The position numbers and the translations under genes were made by a program. The notes under the pieces are model-generated. The model saw nothing but the letters and a program-made list of their open reading frames with translations. It was not told the DNA's origin and made no database searches. Shown piece after piece: positions 29,615 through 39,783 of a DNA stretch of 64,000 nt; position 1 is the first letter of the stretch; the number at the start of each line of letters is the position of its first letter. Origin of the DNA: Dehalococcoidia bacterium (GTDB lineage Bacteria; Chloroflexota; Dehalococcoidia; Lucifugimonadales; UBA3495); contig JASLXV010000008.1 of NCBI GenBank assembly GCA_030740155.1, forward strand, positions 32,001 through 96,000, in the 5' to 3' direction.

Positions 29615-30805
29615 ATGAAGATCAAGAATATCCGGGCGGTCAACGTCAACATCCCGCGGATCCAGCCCAAAACGAAAGCCCGGCGGCCCGGCTGGAACGC
29701 CAAAGCACCGAGGGCGCTCCCGCTCAACAAGTACCCGGAGTTTTCAACTGCCCACGGCTGGATGCCGGGCCGAGGCGCCCAGCGAGAGGTCTGGGTGCAG
29801 GCGACCGCCGAGGACAGTACCTGGGGCCTGGGATTGTGTAGCTTTGGGGAACCCGTGGCCTCGATGGTCGACTACCACTACGCGCCGCTCCTCGAGGGCC
29901 GGGACTGCATGGCCCTGGAATACCTGAATGACGTGATGTGGCGCTCGACTCAGCGTTTCGGCTCGGGAGGTGTGGGGACGGTGGCTCAGTCCGGCATCGA
30001 TCTCGCGCTCTGGGACCTGAAGGGCAAGCTGCTGGGACAGCCGGTGTACAGCCTCTTGGGCGGACCCGTGCGGGAGAAGATCCGGCCGTATTGCACCTGC
30101 GACGACCTGGATTGGTCGTTGGAGTTGGGGTTCACCGCGTTCAAGATCAGCAACCCGGTGCACTACGAGATGGGCATAGAGGGCCTGAACATCCTCGAAG
30201 AGAAGATAGCGAAGGCCCGCGATGAGGTTGGGCCGAACCGGGAACTCATGTTCAACCCGGTGATGTCTTTCAACGTGGAGTTCACCATGCGGCTCGCGGA
30301 ACGGCTCAGGCCCTACGGACTGCGATGGTTGGAGGAGCCGTTGATTCCCGCCAACCTGGAGGGGCACATCCAGTTGAAACAGGCAATTACCTGGATTCCG
30401 CTGGCGACGGGCGAGCATCATCAAGGCCGCCACGCGTTCCGGCAACTGGTAGAGAACCAAGCCGTTGACGTGGTGCAGCCCGACATCCGGTGGTGTGGCG
30501 GGTTGTCGGAGGCGGTCAAGATTCATACCATCGCCGAGGCGGCGGGGATCGTCACCATTCCGCACCTGGGAGCCGGGTTACCCTTCGGCCAGCATTTCGC
30601 CTTCGCGATGCCGGAGTCGCCGCTGGCGGAATTCTGGTTGGGCTCCGACCCCGGTATCCCGCTGGAAGAGGTGACCGGAATACCGGGTATGGCTCTGCCC
30701 AAAGACGGTTACATAATTCCCTCGAACGCTCCGGGCTTCGGAATGGAGATTCCCGAAGGCTGGATAGAGCCATGGAACCACGCATCAGCGATGAAGCTAC
30801 GCTAG
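29615..30805 (+). CDS. Mandelate racemase / L-rhamnonate dehydratase-like enolase-superfamily enzyme
   Basis: SGIDLALWDLKGK-GQPVYSLLGG, WLEEPL, ATGEH and QPDIRWCGG; AAAGGAG SD. Confidence 0.9.
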   Translation: MKIKNIRAVNVNIPRIQPKTKARRPGWNAKAPRALPLNKYPEFSTAHGWMPGRGAQREVWVQATAEDSTWGLGLCSFGEPVASMVDYHYAPLLEGRDCMALEYLNDVMWRSTQRFGSGGVGTVAQSGIDLALWDLKGKLLGQPVYSLLGGPVREKIRPYCTCDDLDWSLELGFTAFKISNPVHYEMGIEGLNILEEKIAKARDEVGPNRELMFNPVMSFNVEFTMRLAERLRPYGLRWLEEPLIPANLEGHIQLKQAITWIPLATGEHHQGRHAFRQLVENQAVDVVQPDIRWCGGLSEAVKIHTIAEAAGIVTIPHLGAGLPFGQHFAFAMPESPLAEFWLGSDPGIPLEEVTGIPGMALPKDGYIIPSNAPGFGMEIPEGWIEPWNHASAMKLR

Positions 30806-31166
30806 AAGTTGCGTTAGGTAAGGATACGTAGCCCGGTGGGGCAGCCCGCCCCGGCCGGCACCCCTGCCCGTGGGGGAAGTTTAACCGGACCCGAATTGGT
30901 TGACGCAGTGATTAAGGAGACCTCGGTAGGAGAGTTTGTTGCCCGTCGCTCGGGCCCGTTTCAAAGCGGCAGACCCGGATGATGCGAGGTCCGGCGGACC
31001 TAGAGAAGGAACCCGCCCGTTCGCATTTACACTCCAACCGGCGGAACCTCACCCTCGCCTAACATGCTCCCATTCCTGTATAAGTAATTGGGGCCGCCTC
31101 TCTCTTCACTTTTCCAGGCGTCCTGGGTGCGCCGAAAGATCGGCCCATTAGAAGAAAGGACTCAAT

Positions 31167-32423
31167 ATCACTACGTCACCGAAGGATGACCCTCGGGCCG
31201 GTCGCCGAATTTTCTACGGGTGGATCATTGTTGGCGCGGCGGCCCTCGCGGCATTTGGCAGCGGCCCCGGCCAGTCGTACGTCTTCTCCGTTTTCCTGGA
31301 TTCGATAATCTCCGACACCGGGTTGTCCAGGTCGGGCATATCCGCTCTATACCTGGTGAGCACCGCCGTAAGCGCCCTGATGGTCAGCGTCGTCAGTCGC
31401 ATGGCCGACCGGTTTGGGCCGCGAAGAATGTTGGTCGTAGTTGGGCTGGCCTTCCCGGCGGCCTGCTTCGGGATGGCGACCATGACCAACCTGACGCTAT
31501 TCTACGTGGCCTTCATCAGCCTTCGCGCTCTCGGCCAGGGGTCGTTGCCAATCAACGCCACTCTGTTGGTGAACCAATGGTTCATATCCCGTCGCGGTAT
31601 GGCGATCGCGATCATGGGACTCGGGATGGTGCTTTCGACCGCGATCCTACCCCCGCTGGCCAGATTGCTGATCGACAATATTGGCTGGCGCGAGGCCTAC
31701 GCCTTCCTCGGGATGATGTCGATGGTTCTCGTTGTGGCCCCAGCGGTGCTGTTCGTTCGCAACAGGCCCGAAGAGATCGGGCTGTTTCCCGATGGCAAGC
31801 CCCATCCGCCATCGGTGGAAGCCCGGCAATCCAGGCTCGGCCCTGGCCGGGAAAGGCGGGTCTTGAGCACGCCGGCTTTCTGGCTCTTGGCAATACCTCT
31901 GGCAACGCCGAGCCTGGTATCGACGGCGTTGATGTTCCACCAGACATCCATATTCGTCGAGAATGGGCTGAGTGCAAACCTGGCGGCGGGAGTCTTCGTC
32001 ATTTACGCGGCCGCCTCCGCGGTAACCTCAATGATCGCCGGTGCTGTTGTTGACCGAACCGGGCCGAAAGCCCTTTACGCGTTCATTATGGTCTTGTTTC
32101 TCGTGTCGCTCGGATTGGCGGTGGCCATCGACTCCATCTTCCTCGCGGTGCTCTATATCGTTGTCCTGGGTATCGCCGGCGGTTTCCACTCCATCGTCTC
32201 GGGGGTCATTTGGGCGCATTACTACGGCCGTCACCGGCTTGGCCGAATTCAGGGGACGGCCACGACAATAGGGATTTGTGGCTCCGCCGCCGGACCTCTG
32301 CTGCTGGCACTGTTTCACGATATGACCGGCACCTACACGGCGGGGATGGTGGCGATGCTGGTGCTGCCGGCATTGTCTCTGGTGAGCATCGGGTTGGCCC
32401 GCCCGAAGGGCCTCGCCGGTTAA
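31167..32423 (+). CDS. MFS transporter (probable ATC start)
   Basis: In-frame extension of ORF 31323 gives RRIFYGWIIVG...GPGQSYVFSVF. Motif A appears as DRFGPR and DRTGPK; about 12 TM helices. In-frame TAG at 31149. Confidence 0.88.
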   Translation: MTTSPKDDPRAGRRIFYGWIIVGAAALAAFGSGPGQSYVFSVFLDSIISDTGLSRSGISALYLVSTAVSALMVSVVSRMADRFGPRRMLVVVGLAFPAACFGMATMTNLTLFYVAFISLRALGQGSLPINATLLVNQWFISRRGMAIAIMGLGMVLSTAILPPLARLLIDNIGWREAYAFLGMMSMVLVVAPAVLFVRNRPEEIGLFPDGKPHPPSVEARQSRLGPGRERRVLSTPAFWLLAIPLATPSLVSTALMFHQTSIFVENGLSANLAAGVFVIYAAASAVTSMIAGAVVDRTGPKALYAFIMVLFLVSLGLAVAIDSIFLAVLYIVVLGIAGGFHSIVSGVIWAHYYGRHRLGRIQGTATTIGICGSAAGPLLLALFHDMTGTYTAGMVAMLVLPALSLVSIGLARPKGLAG

Positions 32424-32572
32424 GTGAAATACGCGCCGGCCGGTTCAGAGGCCTGGCCGTGATATTCTTTTCGACAGCCGAGGCTCCCACGCCCATGGGC
32501 GGAATATGGGGAAATGTGGTGAGGACAGGCCCAATTACTAGCCGCCTCTTGGCGCCTGTTTGACGTTACTAT

Positions 32573-32646
32573 TGGCTGCCCCGCCTGGGTTCGAACCAGG
32601 GATTTCAGCTCCAAAGGCTGACGTGCTACCACTACACCACGGGGCA
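32573..32646 (-). tRNA. tRNA-Gln (anticodon TTG)
   Basis: Cloverleaf with TGCCCCG acceptor stem, anticodon arm TCAGC-CTTTGGA-GCTGA, T-arm CCTGG-TTCGAAC-CCAGG and encoded CCA. Confidence 0.97.
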
Positions 32647-32855
32647 TCGCGCCGGGCCGCCCCGCTTTTGACGGCGGATGGCGCCCTTTGCACTTATATT
32701 CTGAAGGGGCCGCCGGAAGGCGTCAAGGGGCGCGTTCATTGACGAACGAGGTGATTGCGTCTCCGGACGGGTGTCGCGCGCCATCGACGGTGAATCGCCA
32801 CCGGGGCCGCGCGCCGGATGGAACCTGGGCGCCGACGGAAGGTATAATTGGGAGA

Positions 32856-33656
32856 ATGAGTATGCTGCGGGTTTCCTTTTTGCACCTGGCGCCGGTTACT
32901 GGCGACATCCAGCGCAACCGCCGACTGCTGGAGTCGGCCGTAAAGGTGGCTGCCAAAGAGGGAGCCGGCTGGGCGATTACCCCGGAGCTGTGGGTCTCCG
33001 GCTACCTGTTCGTGAAGCAGATCGGCACCGATTGGATTCTCTCCCAGCCCGACGATTGGATGCGAGGCTTCTGCCGGTTGGTCGGAGAGCTGGGCCTGAC
33101 CGTCTTTCTCTCCCACCCGGAGCGGGACCCGGAATCAGACCGGCTCTACAACACCGTTTTTGTGATCGACCCCCATGGCAAGATCGTGGGCAAGCACCGC
33201 AAGATCAAGCCCCTCCGGGGAACCGAGGCCTGGTCCAGCCCCGGCAGGGAGATAAACCCGGTGGGTGTCGACCGGCTAAAGGTCGGGATTTTGGTCTGCG
33301 CCGATAGCTACCTGAACGACGTTGCCCAGGAGTTAAAAGAGAAGGGCGCTCAGGTCTTGGTGTCACCCGTCTCCTGGGGGCCCGGCCCCTGCGCGCCTGA
33401 CGGCGAGTGGGAGCAGCGCACCATCGACACCGGGCTGCCGATCATGGTCTGCAACCGGTCCGGGATCGAGGACGAGAGCCTGGACTTCCGGCAGGCCGAG
33501 AGCATCGTGGCCCAGCACGGCCGGCGCCTATTGAGCGGGACCTGTGACCGTTCGGTGGTCCTGTCCTTCGACTGGGACACGGACGCCATGGCTCTTCTCT
33601 CCACGGACTTCCGGAGGGCCTACTTGGAAGAAAAGCCCGGCGTCTTGCTCCGGTGA
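32856..33656 (+). CDS. Carbon-nitrogen hydrolase (nitrilase superfamily)
   Basis: Catalytic triad motifs TPELWVSGY (E), KHRKI (K) and GILVCAD (C); TATAAT just upstream. Confidence 0.9.
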   Translation: MSMLRVSFLHLAPVTGDIQRNRRLLESAVKVAAKEGAGWAITPELWVSGYLFVKQIGTDWILSQPDDWMRGFCRLVGELGLTVFLSHPERDPESDRLYNTVFVIDPHGKIVGKHRKIKPLRGTEAWSSPGREINPVGVDRLKVGILVCADSYLNDVAQELKEKGAQVLVSPVSWGPGPCAPDGEWEQRTIDTGLPIMVCNRSGIEDESLDFRQAESIVAQHGRRLLSGTCDRSVVLSFDWDTDAMALLSTDFRRAYLEEKPGVLLR

Positions 33657-33850
33657 TTTGCCGGGACGGGCCCGGCCCGCCCCGACCGTCCGGACTGAAG
33701 GCCGCGCTGAAACCCCAGCACCCAGTCTTGGGTTAGCTGCCGGGGGAAGAGTCGGCGTCGCTATACCGATTGCAATGACCGGGGCCCGGCATCCGGGGGC
33801 AAGGTCTCACCGCGAGGTCTTTCCGGGTGCTGGAGCGGGGGTGAACCGGC

Positions 33851-34726
33851 CTACATTGGGCCGGAGACCGGTTTCTCGGCCACGAAGAGCCAGTATCCCA
33901 GCCGGCCGTCGGCCACCAGGCGGCCCAGCGTGGCGATCAACTCGGGAGCTTGCCGCACCAGGCCGGAGTCCGGGACGGGCTGGCCGGTGATGCCCTGCCA
34001 GGCCAGGAACGCGCCGAGCTTGGTCTCCAGGGAGTCCAATAGCTTGATGATCTCGGTGGAAGCGTCGACCTTCTGGATATCCCGCAGTCCGGCGCCCTCC
34101 AACAGTTGCGCGTAGCCTTCCACATCCAGGGCGTCCGACAGGCAGAGTATCCGGCCCACGGCGCCGTCCAACTCCTTAGGCAGGCTGCCCGGCGCCACGG
34201 TCACGTCGCTCAGGCCGAATTTACCGCCGGGGCTCAACAGCCTCACGGCATCCGCTATCGCCTTGGGCTTATCCAGGAACAGGCTCATGGAACACTCGCT
34301 GAACAGGGCGTCGAAAAACCCGAGGCGCAGCGGCGGCCGCTCTGCATCTCCCTGGATGAAGTAGCTTCCCTTCGCCTTCGATGCCGCCGTGGTCTCGAGG
34401 GCCGGTTCCTGGAGCATCGACGGCTGCGCCTCAGCCTTGGCCTGAGCTTCGGCTACCGCGGCGCGCCCGAACTCCACCCCCACGACTTTGCAGCGGAAGA
34501 CCCGGGAGACCGCCATGGCGCTCGCTCCGCGGCCACTGGCCAGGTCCACCACCCAATCTCCCGGCTGAACGCCCATCAGCCGAGCCAGCCGGTTGGTCAG
34601 GGCCAAACCTCCGGGATGCAATGTTTCGCCCAGGATAATGCGCGCCAGTTCCGACTGGTAGAGGTCGGCGCAACAGGCTTTGGCCTGGGCTTGCTCCAGC
34701 ACCTCCGGGCTTCTTCCTGGCGTCAT
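33851..34726 (-). CDS. Class I SAM-dependent methyltransferase with N-terminal Cys-Cys
   Basis: AKACCADLY, LHPGGLALT, VVDLASGRG, QGDAE, FDALFSEC and LSPGGKFGLSDV. Confidence 0.88.
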   Translation of the reverse strand: MTPGRSPEVLEQAQAKACCADLYQSELARIILGETLHPGGLALTNRLARLMGVQPGDWVVDLASGRGASAMAVSRVFRCKVVGVEFGRAAVAEAQAKAEAQPSMLQEPALETTAASKAKGSYFIQGDAERPPLRLGFFDALFSECSMSLFLDKPKAIADAVRLLSPGGKFGLSDVTVAPGSLPKELDGAVGRILCLSDALDVEGYAQLLEGAGLRDIQKVDASTEIIKLLDSLETKLGAFLAWQGITGQPVPDSGLVRQAPELIATLGRLVADGRLGYWLFVAEKPVSGPM

Positions 34727-34780
34727 CCGGCCCTCATCTGGCGCCTACCTACGAGCGGGTAGCAGTCGATTATCACCAGT

Positions 34781-36316
34781 CTATCGCTCCTTGGACGGCC
34801 GAGTATTTCCCGCCAGGGGCCGGATCTTGGTCTGCTCCCGAACCAGTTGTTCGCGGATGCGCTCCCGGTAGCCGACCGAGTTGTAGGTGCAGAAGGGGAT
34901 AACGCGCCCATCGGGGACCAGGATACCGACGCAGCACTTCATGGCTTGCTTCACATTGAAGGTGTACGGGTCCATGAAGTCCTTGATGGCGATCTGGAAG
35001 ATGTGCTGGTTCAAGTGGGCGAGATCGTAGCCCAGGTCCATACCGGGGCCGCAGGCACACTGAAACTGGCTGGCGGTCATTTCCGTGCCGGCCACCGCTG
35101 ATGCCGACCAGAGGCCCTCCAGGGCTTTTCGCACTTCGTCGAATTTGGGGAGCTTGGGCAAGGACCGGTTGGTAATATAATCCAAATATTCGTCAATGTT
35201 GAGGAGCCTGGGGAGGGGCATGATCTTCTCCCCGTCGACCAGGACGTAAGAGTTCACCTGGCAGGTCGGGAAGCAACAGGGGACCGGCACGAAGTCTTCT
35301 AGGACGAACCGGCCCTTGGTCTGGTCGACGATACCATGGATCACGTCGGGAATCGTCACCCGCTGCATTGGATCGAAAGGCATGTGCCGCCCTACGTGGG
35401 TCACCGGTTGGAGGACCACCCCGCGGACCGCCGGGTGCCGCAGGCCGAACTCCACGATCGCGCCCACCTCGTCCACGTTGACCCCATACTCGATGGCCGC
35501 GACCAGCACCGTGTTCAGGCCAGCCTGATGCAGGCGGTCCAGGGCCAGCAGCTTCAGGTCCAACAGGTCCTCGCCCCGGATGGTCCTGTAGGTTTCCGGC
35601 CGGAGCCCGTCGAATTGGAAGTAGACCACCGGTTCCAGCTTGGCCAACTCTTCCAGGAACCGGTCATCCTTGGCGATGCGTATCCCGTTGGTGTTGACCA
35701 TCACCTGGCGGATGCCCCGGTCTTTGGCCGCCTGGATCATCTCCAGGAGTTGGGGGTGAATCGTGGGCTCTCCCCCGCTGAACTGGATGACCTCCGGGTC
35801 GCCCTCGATCTCGACGAACCGGTCGAGCATGCCTTCCACCTGCTCCAGGGTGAGGCTGTAGCCGGCGCCGGCGTTGGCGAAGCAGACCGGACAGTTGAGG
35901 TTGCAGGCGGTGTTGACCTCGATGAGGGCCAGGCAGATGTGTTGCTTGTGTTCCGGGCACAGGCCGCAGTCCAGGGGGCAACCATCCTTAACCTCGGTGC
36001 TGAACTCCAGGGGCAAGGTCCCCGGCTTGTTGAACTTGACCGAGTCGACATACATCTGGCTGTCGGAGCTGATGATGCCCTCGAAGCACCCGTGGCTGGG
36101 ACACCGCTTGCGCATGAAGACCTTGCCGTCCCGGATGATTATCTGGGCATCGATAACCGCCTGGCACTCCGGGCAGATGCTCCTGGTCAGCTCGTGGAAT
36201 ATGTAATCGGCGTCCTGCTTGACGCGGAGACCGGCGCCGTTGGTCCGCTGACCTCCCGGAACGCCGTTGCTCGTCCCGTTACTATTCGGTGCTCCGCCGG
36301 GTGGGTGGGTGCTCAT
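34781..36316 (-). CDS. Radical SAM protein, Tes/MJ0619/TrsS-like multi-Fe-S family
   Basis: SICPEC...KRCPSHG, GCPLDCGLCPEHKQH, CNLNCPVC (CxxxCxxC), FSGGEPT, PCCFPTC and FMDPY...KCC...PDGRVIPFCTYN. Confidence 0.9.
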   Translation of the reverse strand: MSTHPPGGAPNSNGTSNGVPGGQRTNGAGLRVKQDADYIFHELTRSICPECQAVIDAQIIIRDGKVFMRKRCPSHGCFEGIISSDSQMYVDSVKFNKPGTLPLEFSTEVKDGCPLDCGLCPEHKQHICLALIEVNTACNLNCPVCFANAGAGYSLTLEQVEGMLDRFVEIEGDPEVIQFSGGEPTIHPQLLEMIQAAKDRGIRQVMVNTNGIRIAKDDRFLEELAKLEPVVYFQFDGLRPETYRTIRGEDLLDLKLLALDRLHQAGLNTVLVAAIEYGVNVDEVGAIVEFGLRHPAVRGVVLQPVTHVGRHMPFDPMQRVTIPDVIHGIVDQTKGRFVLEDFVPVPCCFPTCQVNSYVLVDGEKIMPLPRLLNIDEYLDYITNRSLPKLPKFDEVRKALEGLWSASAVAGTEMTASQFQCACGPGMDLGYDLAHLNQHIFQIAIKDFMDPYTFNVKQAMKCCVGILVPDGRVIPFCTYNSVGYRERIREQLVREQTKIRPLAGNTRPSKER

Positions 36317-36473
36317 CTTCTCTCCCTGAGGGCGTTTTGTTCCGGCGCGGGTTTGAGTATACTTCATACTTCAGATGCGTCTGGTTTCAATCGGATGCAC
36401 GCGGATGCCCGTGGCTACCGGGCTCGGAACACCGGACCCGGCGGCGAACCTCAACTGGATGGCGGTGAGAAGC

Positions 36474-37685
36474 ATGACATCAAATTCCGGCGCCATGTCT
36501 CTCTCGGGAGTAGTGGTGCTCGATCTATCCCAGATCCTGGCTGGGCCCATGTGCACCATGCTCTTGGGGGACATGGGGGCCGACATTATCAAGATTGAGA
36601 AACTCGACGGTGGCGACGACTTCCGGCGCATGGGCCCACCCTTCATCAAAGGCTGGTCGGCGGCGTTTCTCGCGATGAACCGCAACAAGCGAAGCCTGGC
36701 CCTGGACCTGCGGAACGAAAGGGGCCGGGCGGTATTCAACCGGCTGGTGGCTCGGGCCGACGTGCTGGTCGAGAACTTCCGCCCGGGGGTGATGAAGCGG
36801 CTGGGTTTGGGTTACCCGGAGCTGGCCAAGCTGAAGCCCAGCCTGGTCTACTGCTCCATCTCCGGCTTCGGCAGTAATGGCCCCTACCGGGACCGGGGCG
36901 GCTTCGACCTGGTGGCGCAAGGGATGAGCGGCTTGATGAGCTTCACCGGGCACCCGAAAAACCCACCGGCGAAGGTAGGCGTGCCCATCGCCGACGCCTC
37001 AGCCGGGTTGCTGGCCGCCAACGGTGTCCTATGCGCCTACGTTCACGCGCTTCGGACCGGCCTGGGCCAGTTCGTGGACACCTCCCTGATGGAGGCCGGC
37101 ATCAGCTACACGATTTTGGAGTCTGCCGTCTACTTTGCCGACGGCGAGATACCCGGCCCGCTGGGGTCGGCCCACCGGTTGACGGCGCCGTACCAGGCCT
37201 TTGGCACCAGGGACGGCTATATCAACATCGGTGCGGCGACTCAGCCCATTTGGGAGCGGTTTTGCCGGGCCATCGGGCGCGAGGAGCTGATTGCCGACCC
37301 CCGGTTCAAGGCTACCGGCGACCGGAAGGCGAGGGAGGCGGAGCTTGCTGACCTTTTATCGGAAACATTGTGCCAAGAGACCACCGGCCATTGGCTGGAC
37401 CTGCTGGAGAAGGCCGGGGTGGTGGCGGGGCCGATCTACAACATGGAGCAGGTGTACCAGGACCCCCAGGTGAAAGCCCGGGAGATGCAGGTCGACTTAG
37501 AAGACCCGGAGCTGGGCACGCTACACAACATCGGCATCCCGGTGAAGCTGTCGGCGTCGCCGGGGCGCATCCGCCGCCGGGCCCCGGCCCTTGGGGAGCA
37601 CAGCGTCGAAATCCTCGAAGAGGCCGGACTTTCTGGGGAAGAGGTGGAGGAGTTGCTGCGGGCGGGAGTAGTGGCGGTGGGATAG
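36474..37685 (+). CDS. CoA-transferase family III (CaiB/BaiF)
   Basis: LSQILAGP, GADIIKIE, NRNKRSLALDL, ENFRPG, SISGFG and GFDLVAQ. Confidence 0.94.
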   Translation: MTSNSGAMSLSGVVVLDLSQILAGPMCTMLLGDMGADIIKIEKLDGGDDFRRMGPPFIKGWSAAFLAMNRNKRSLALDLRNERGRAVFNRLVARADVLVENFRPGVMKRLGLGYPELAKLKPSLVYCSISGFGSNGPYRDRGGFDLVAQGMSGLMSFTGHPKNPPAKVGVPIADASAGLLAANGVLCAYVHALRTGLGQFVDTSLMEAGISYTILESAVYFADGEIPGPLGSAHRLTAPYQAFGTRDGYINIGAATQPIWERFCRAIGREELIADPRFKATGDRKAREAELADLLSETLCQETTGHWLDLLEKAGVVAGPIYNMEQVYQDPQVKAREMQVDLEDPELGTLHNIGIPVKLSASPGRIRRRAPALGEHSVEILEEAGLSGEEVEELLRAGVVAVG

Positions 37686-37855
37686 GGGGGTTCCGGCTAG
37701 GGAGAAGTGCCACTAGTGAGAGCCGAGATGGCGGCCGGGTGAAGAACGTCGTTGAATAAGGCAGCCTAATGCCGCGTGAACTCGAGTCCAATGCTCCCAG
37801 GCAAATGTCCCTGAACGTCAGCTTCCCCTCGGCATCAGGTGATCCAGAGCGCAGC

Positions 37856-38683
37856 CTACAAGTCCCGCCAGGGATGTCCATCCGTCGCCTGAAGGAAGCG
37901 GTCTACCAGGAAAGAACTGGAGGCGATGACGCTGGGCGTCCGCAGGCTGGCGGAACGGCCCTGTTTGTCCATCACCACGCCTCCTGCCTCTCGCACCAGC
38001 ACCAGGCCGGCGGCGATGTCCCAGGGCGACAGGGAGTGGTGGAAGTACAGGTCAACCCGGCCGGCGGCGGCGTAGGCCACCCCCAGGGCGGCCGAACCCA
38101 GCAAACGCAGGCCAAGCAATCCCGGCCATAGGGAGCGGATCATGTCGAGGGCCACTCCGGCTTTCTCGTCGACGTAGCCCAGGTCGCAGCAAAGCAGGGC
38201 CATGCCAAGGTCCCGGCCTTCGGAGACCGACAGACGCACGCCGTTGACGAAGGCGCCCTGCCCCTCCTGCGCGGTGAACATCTCCTCGCGGACCGGGTCG
38301 TAGGTTACCCCCAGCACCGGCTCGTCGCCACGGGCCAGGGCCACTACCGTGCAGAAGTGGGGAATGCCGTTGGCATAGTTGCGGGTGCCGTCCAGGGGGT
38401 CGACCACCCAGGTGTAGGGGGAGTCAGACTCGACGGGCGGTGATTCCTCGGCGAGGATACCGAAGCTGGGATACTCTTTCCGGAGCAGCTCCAGCACCGC
38501 CCGCTCCGCCGCCAGGTCCACGTCGGTGACTATGTCCGTCGGGCCCTTGAAGCTGACCTGCATGGATGTCCGGAAGCGTTCTTGAAGGATGCGGCCCGAT
38601 ATACGCGCCGCGTCCACGGCCACGTCCATCGCGGACTTGCCGGAGCGGGAATTCGGGAGTTGGCCTTGAGACAGTTGGGTCAT
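37856..38683 (-). CDS. suhB: Inositol monophosphatase family protein
   Basis: DIVTDVD, ILAEE, WVVDPLDGTRNY, GSAAL and WDIAAG. Confidence 0.9.
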   Translation of the reverse strand: MTQLSQGQLPNSRSGKSAMDVAVDAARISGRILQERFRTSMQVSFKGPTDIVTDVDLAAERAVLELLRKEYPSFGILAEESPPVESDSPYTWVVDPLDGTRNYANGIPHFCTVVALARGDEPVLGVTYDPVREEMFTAQEGQGAFVNGVRLSVSEGRDLGMALLCCDLGYVDEKAGVALDMIRSLWPGLLGLRLLGSAALGVAYAAAGRVDLYFHHSLSPWDIAAGLVLVREAGGVVMDKQGRSASLRTPSVIASSSFLVDRFLQATDGHPWRDL

Positions 38684-38757
38684 GCTAGGCAATTCCTGCA
38701 GCAATCAGCGGCAACTTCACAGTCGTTAGCTGACGGCTGAGCGCTGAATGCTGGCAG

Positions 38758-39783
38758 CTAGGCCAGCCCCATCTTCCGGTAGACTTCTTCGATGGTCTGA
38801 CGGGCGATGACCCTGGCCTTTTCCGCCCCATGCCGCAGCACCTCGCGGACGAAGCCGGGGCGCGCCTGGTACTCGCGCCGCCGCTCTCGGAACGGCTCCA
38901 GGTAGCTGTTGATGCTGGCGGCCAGGTGGCGTTTGCAATCCACACAGCCCCGCTTAGCGGTGGTGCATTCAGCGTAAATAGCGGGCACTTCTTCGGCTGG
39001 ACTGAAGATCTGATGCAGCGAGTAGATGTTGCAAATCTCGGGGCGGCCCGGGATATCCCGGCGCGTCCGCTGCGGGTCGGTGAAGGCGGTCATCAAACGC
39101 TTCGCCGTTTCCTCGGGGGATGCGGCCAGGTCCAGGTGATTGTCCAGGGACTTGCTCATCTTCTGCTGGCCGTCCAATCCGACGATGAGCGGGACTTCGG
39201 TGAGCTTGGATTGGGGCTCGGGGAAGGTCTCGCCGAACATGTTGTTGAAGCGCCGGACGATCTCCCGGGCCAGCTCCACGTGGGGGACCTGGTCCCGGCC
39301 GACGGGTACGGTATCGGCTCGGTAGAGGATGATATCCGCGGTCTGGAGCACCGGGTAGCCCACCAGGCCGTAGTTCACGCTCTCCTCCGTCTCCCGCATC
39401 TGCCTGACCTTGTCCTTGAAGGTGGGAACCCGCATCAGCCAGCCCAGAGGGGTCACCATGCTGAGGAGAGTGTGAAGGGTCATAACCTCCGGGATGTGGG
39501 ACTGGACGAAGACGATGTGGTGTTCCGGGTCGATCCCCGCGGCCAGCCAATCCAGCACCATCTCCTCGATGTTGGGCTGTATCGCGGCGGTCTCACCGGG
39601 ATCTTCTATGGTGGTCAGCGCGTGGATGTCGACGGCGCAGTAGATGCAGTTGTACTCCTGCTGTAGCCGCACCCAGTTTTGCAGCGCTCCCAGGTAGTTG
39701 CCCAAGTGGAGCATCCCGGTGGGACGCATGCCGGAAAAAATAACACCCTTGGGTGCTTGGTGCGATTCGTTGTCTAAAACCAT
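38758..39783 (-). CDS. trpS: Tryptophanyl-tRNA synthetase
   Basis: SGMRPTG-LHLGNYLG (HIGH), YPVLQTADI, VPVGRDQ and KMSKS. Confidence 0.97.
   Translation of the reverse strand: MVLDNESHQAPKGVIFSGMRPTGMLHLGNYLGALQNWVRLQQEYNCIYCAVDIHALTTIEDPGETAAIQPNIEEMVLDWLAAGIDPEHHIVFVQSHIPEVMTLHTLLSMVTPLGWLMRVPTFKDKVRQMRETEESVNYGLVGYPVLQTADIILYRADTVPVGRDQVPHVELAREIVRRFNNMFGETFPEPQSKLTEVPLIVGLDGQQKMSKSLDNHLDLAASPEETAKRLMTAFTDPQRTRRDIPGRPEICNIYSLHQIFSPAEEVPAIYAECTTAKRGCVDCKRHLAASINSYLEPFRERRREYQARPGFVREVLRHGAEKARVIARQTIEEVYRKMGLA

Noticed and set aside
30832..30847. CCCGGTGGGGCAGCCC resembling the tRNA-Gln 3' end as an att site
   Set aside because: Wrong orientation for a direct repeat, several mismatches, and GC-rich chance similarity.
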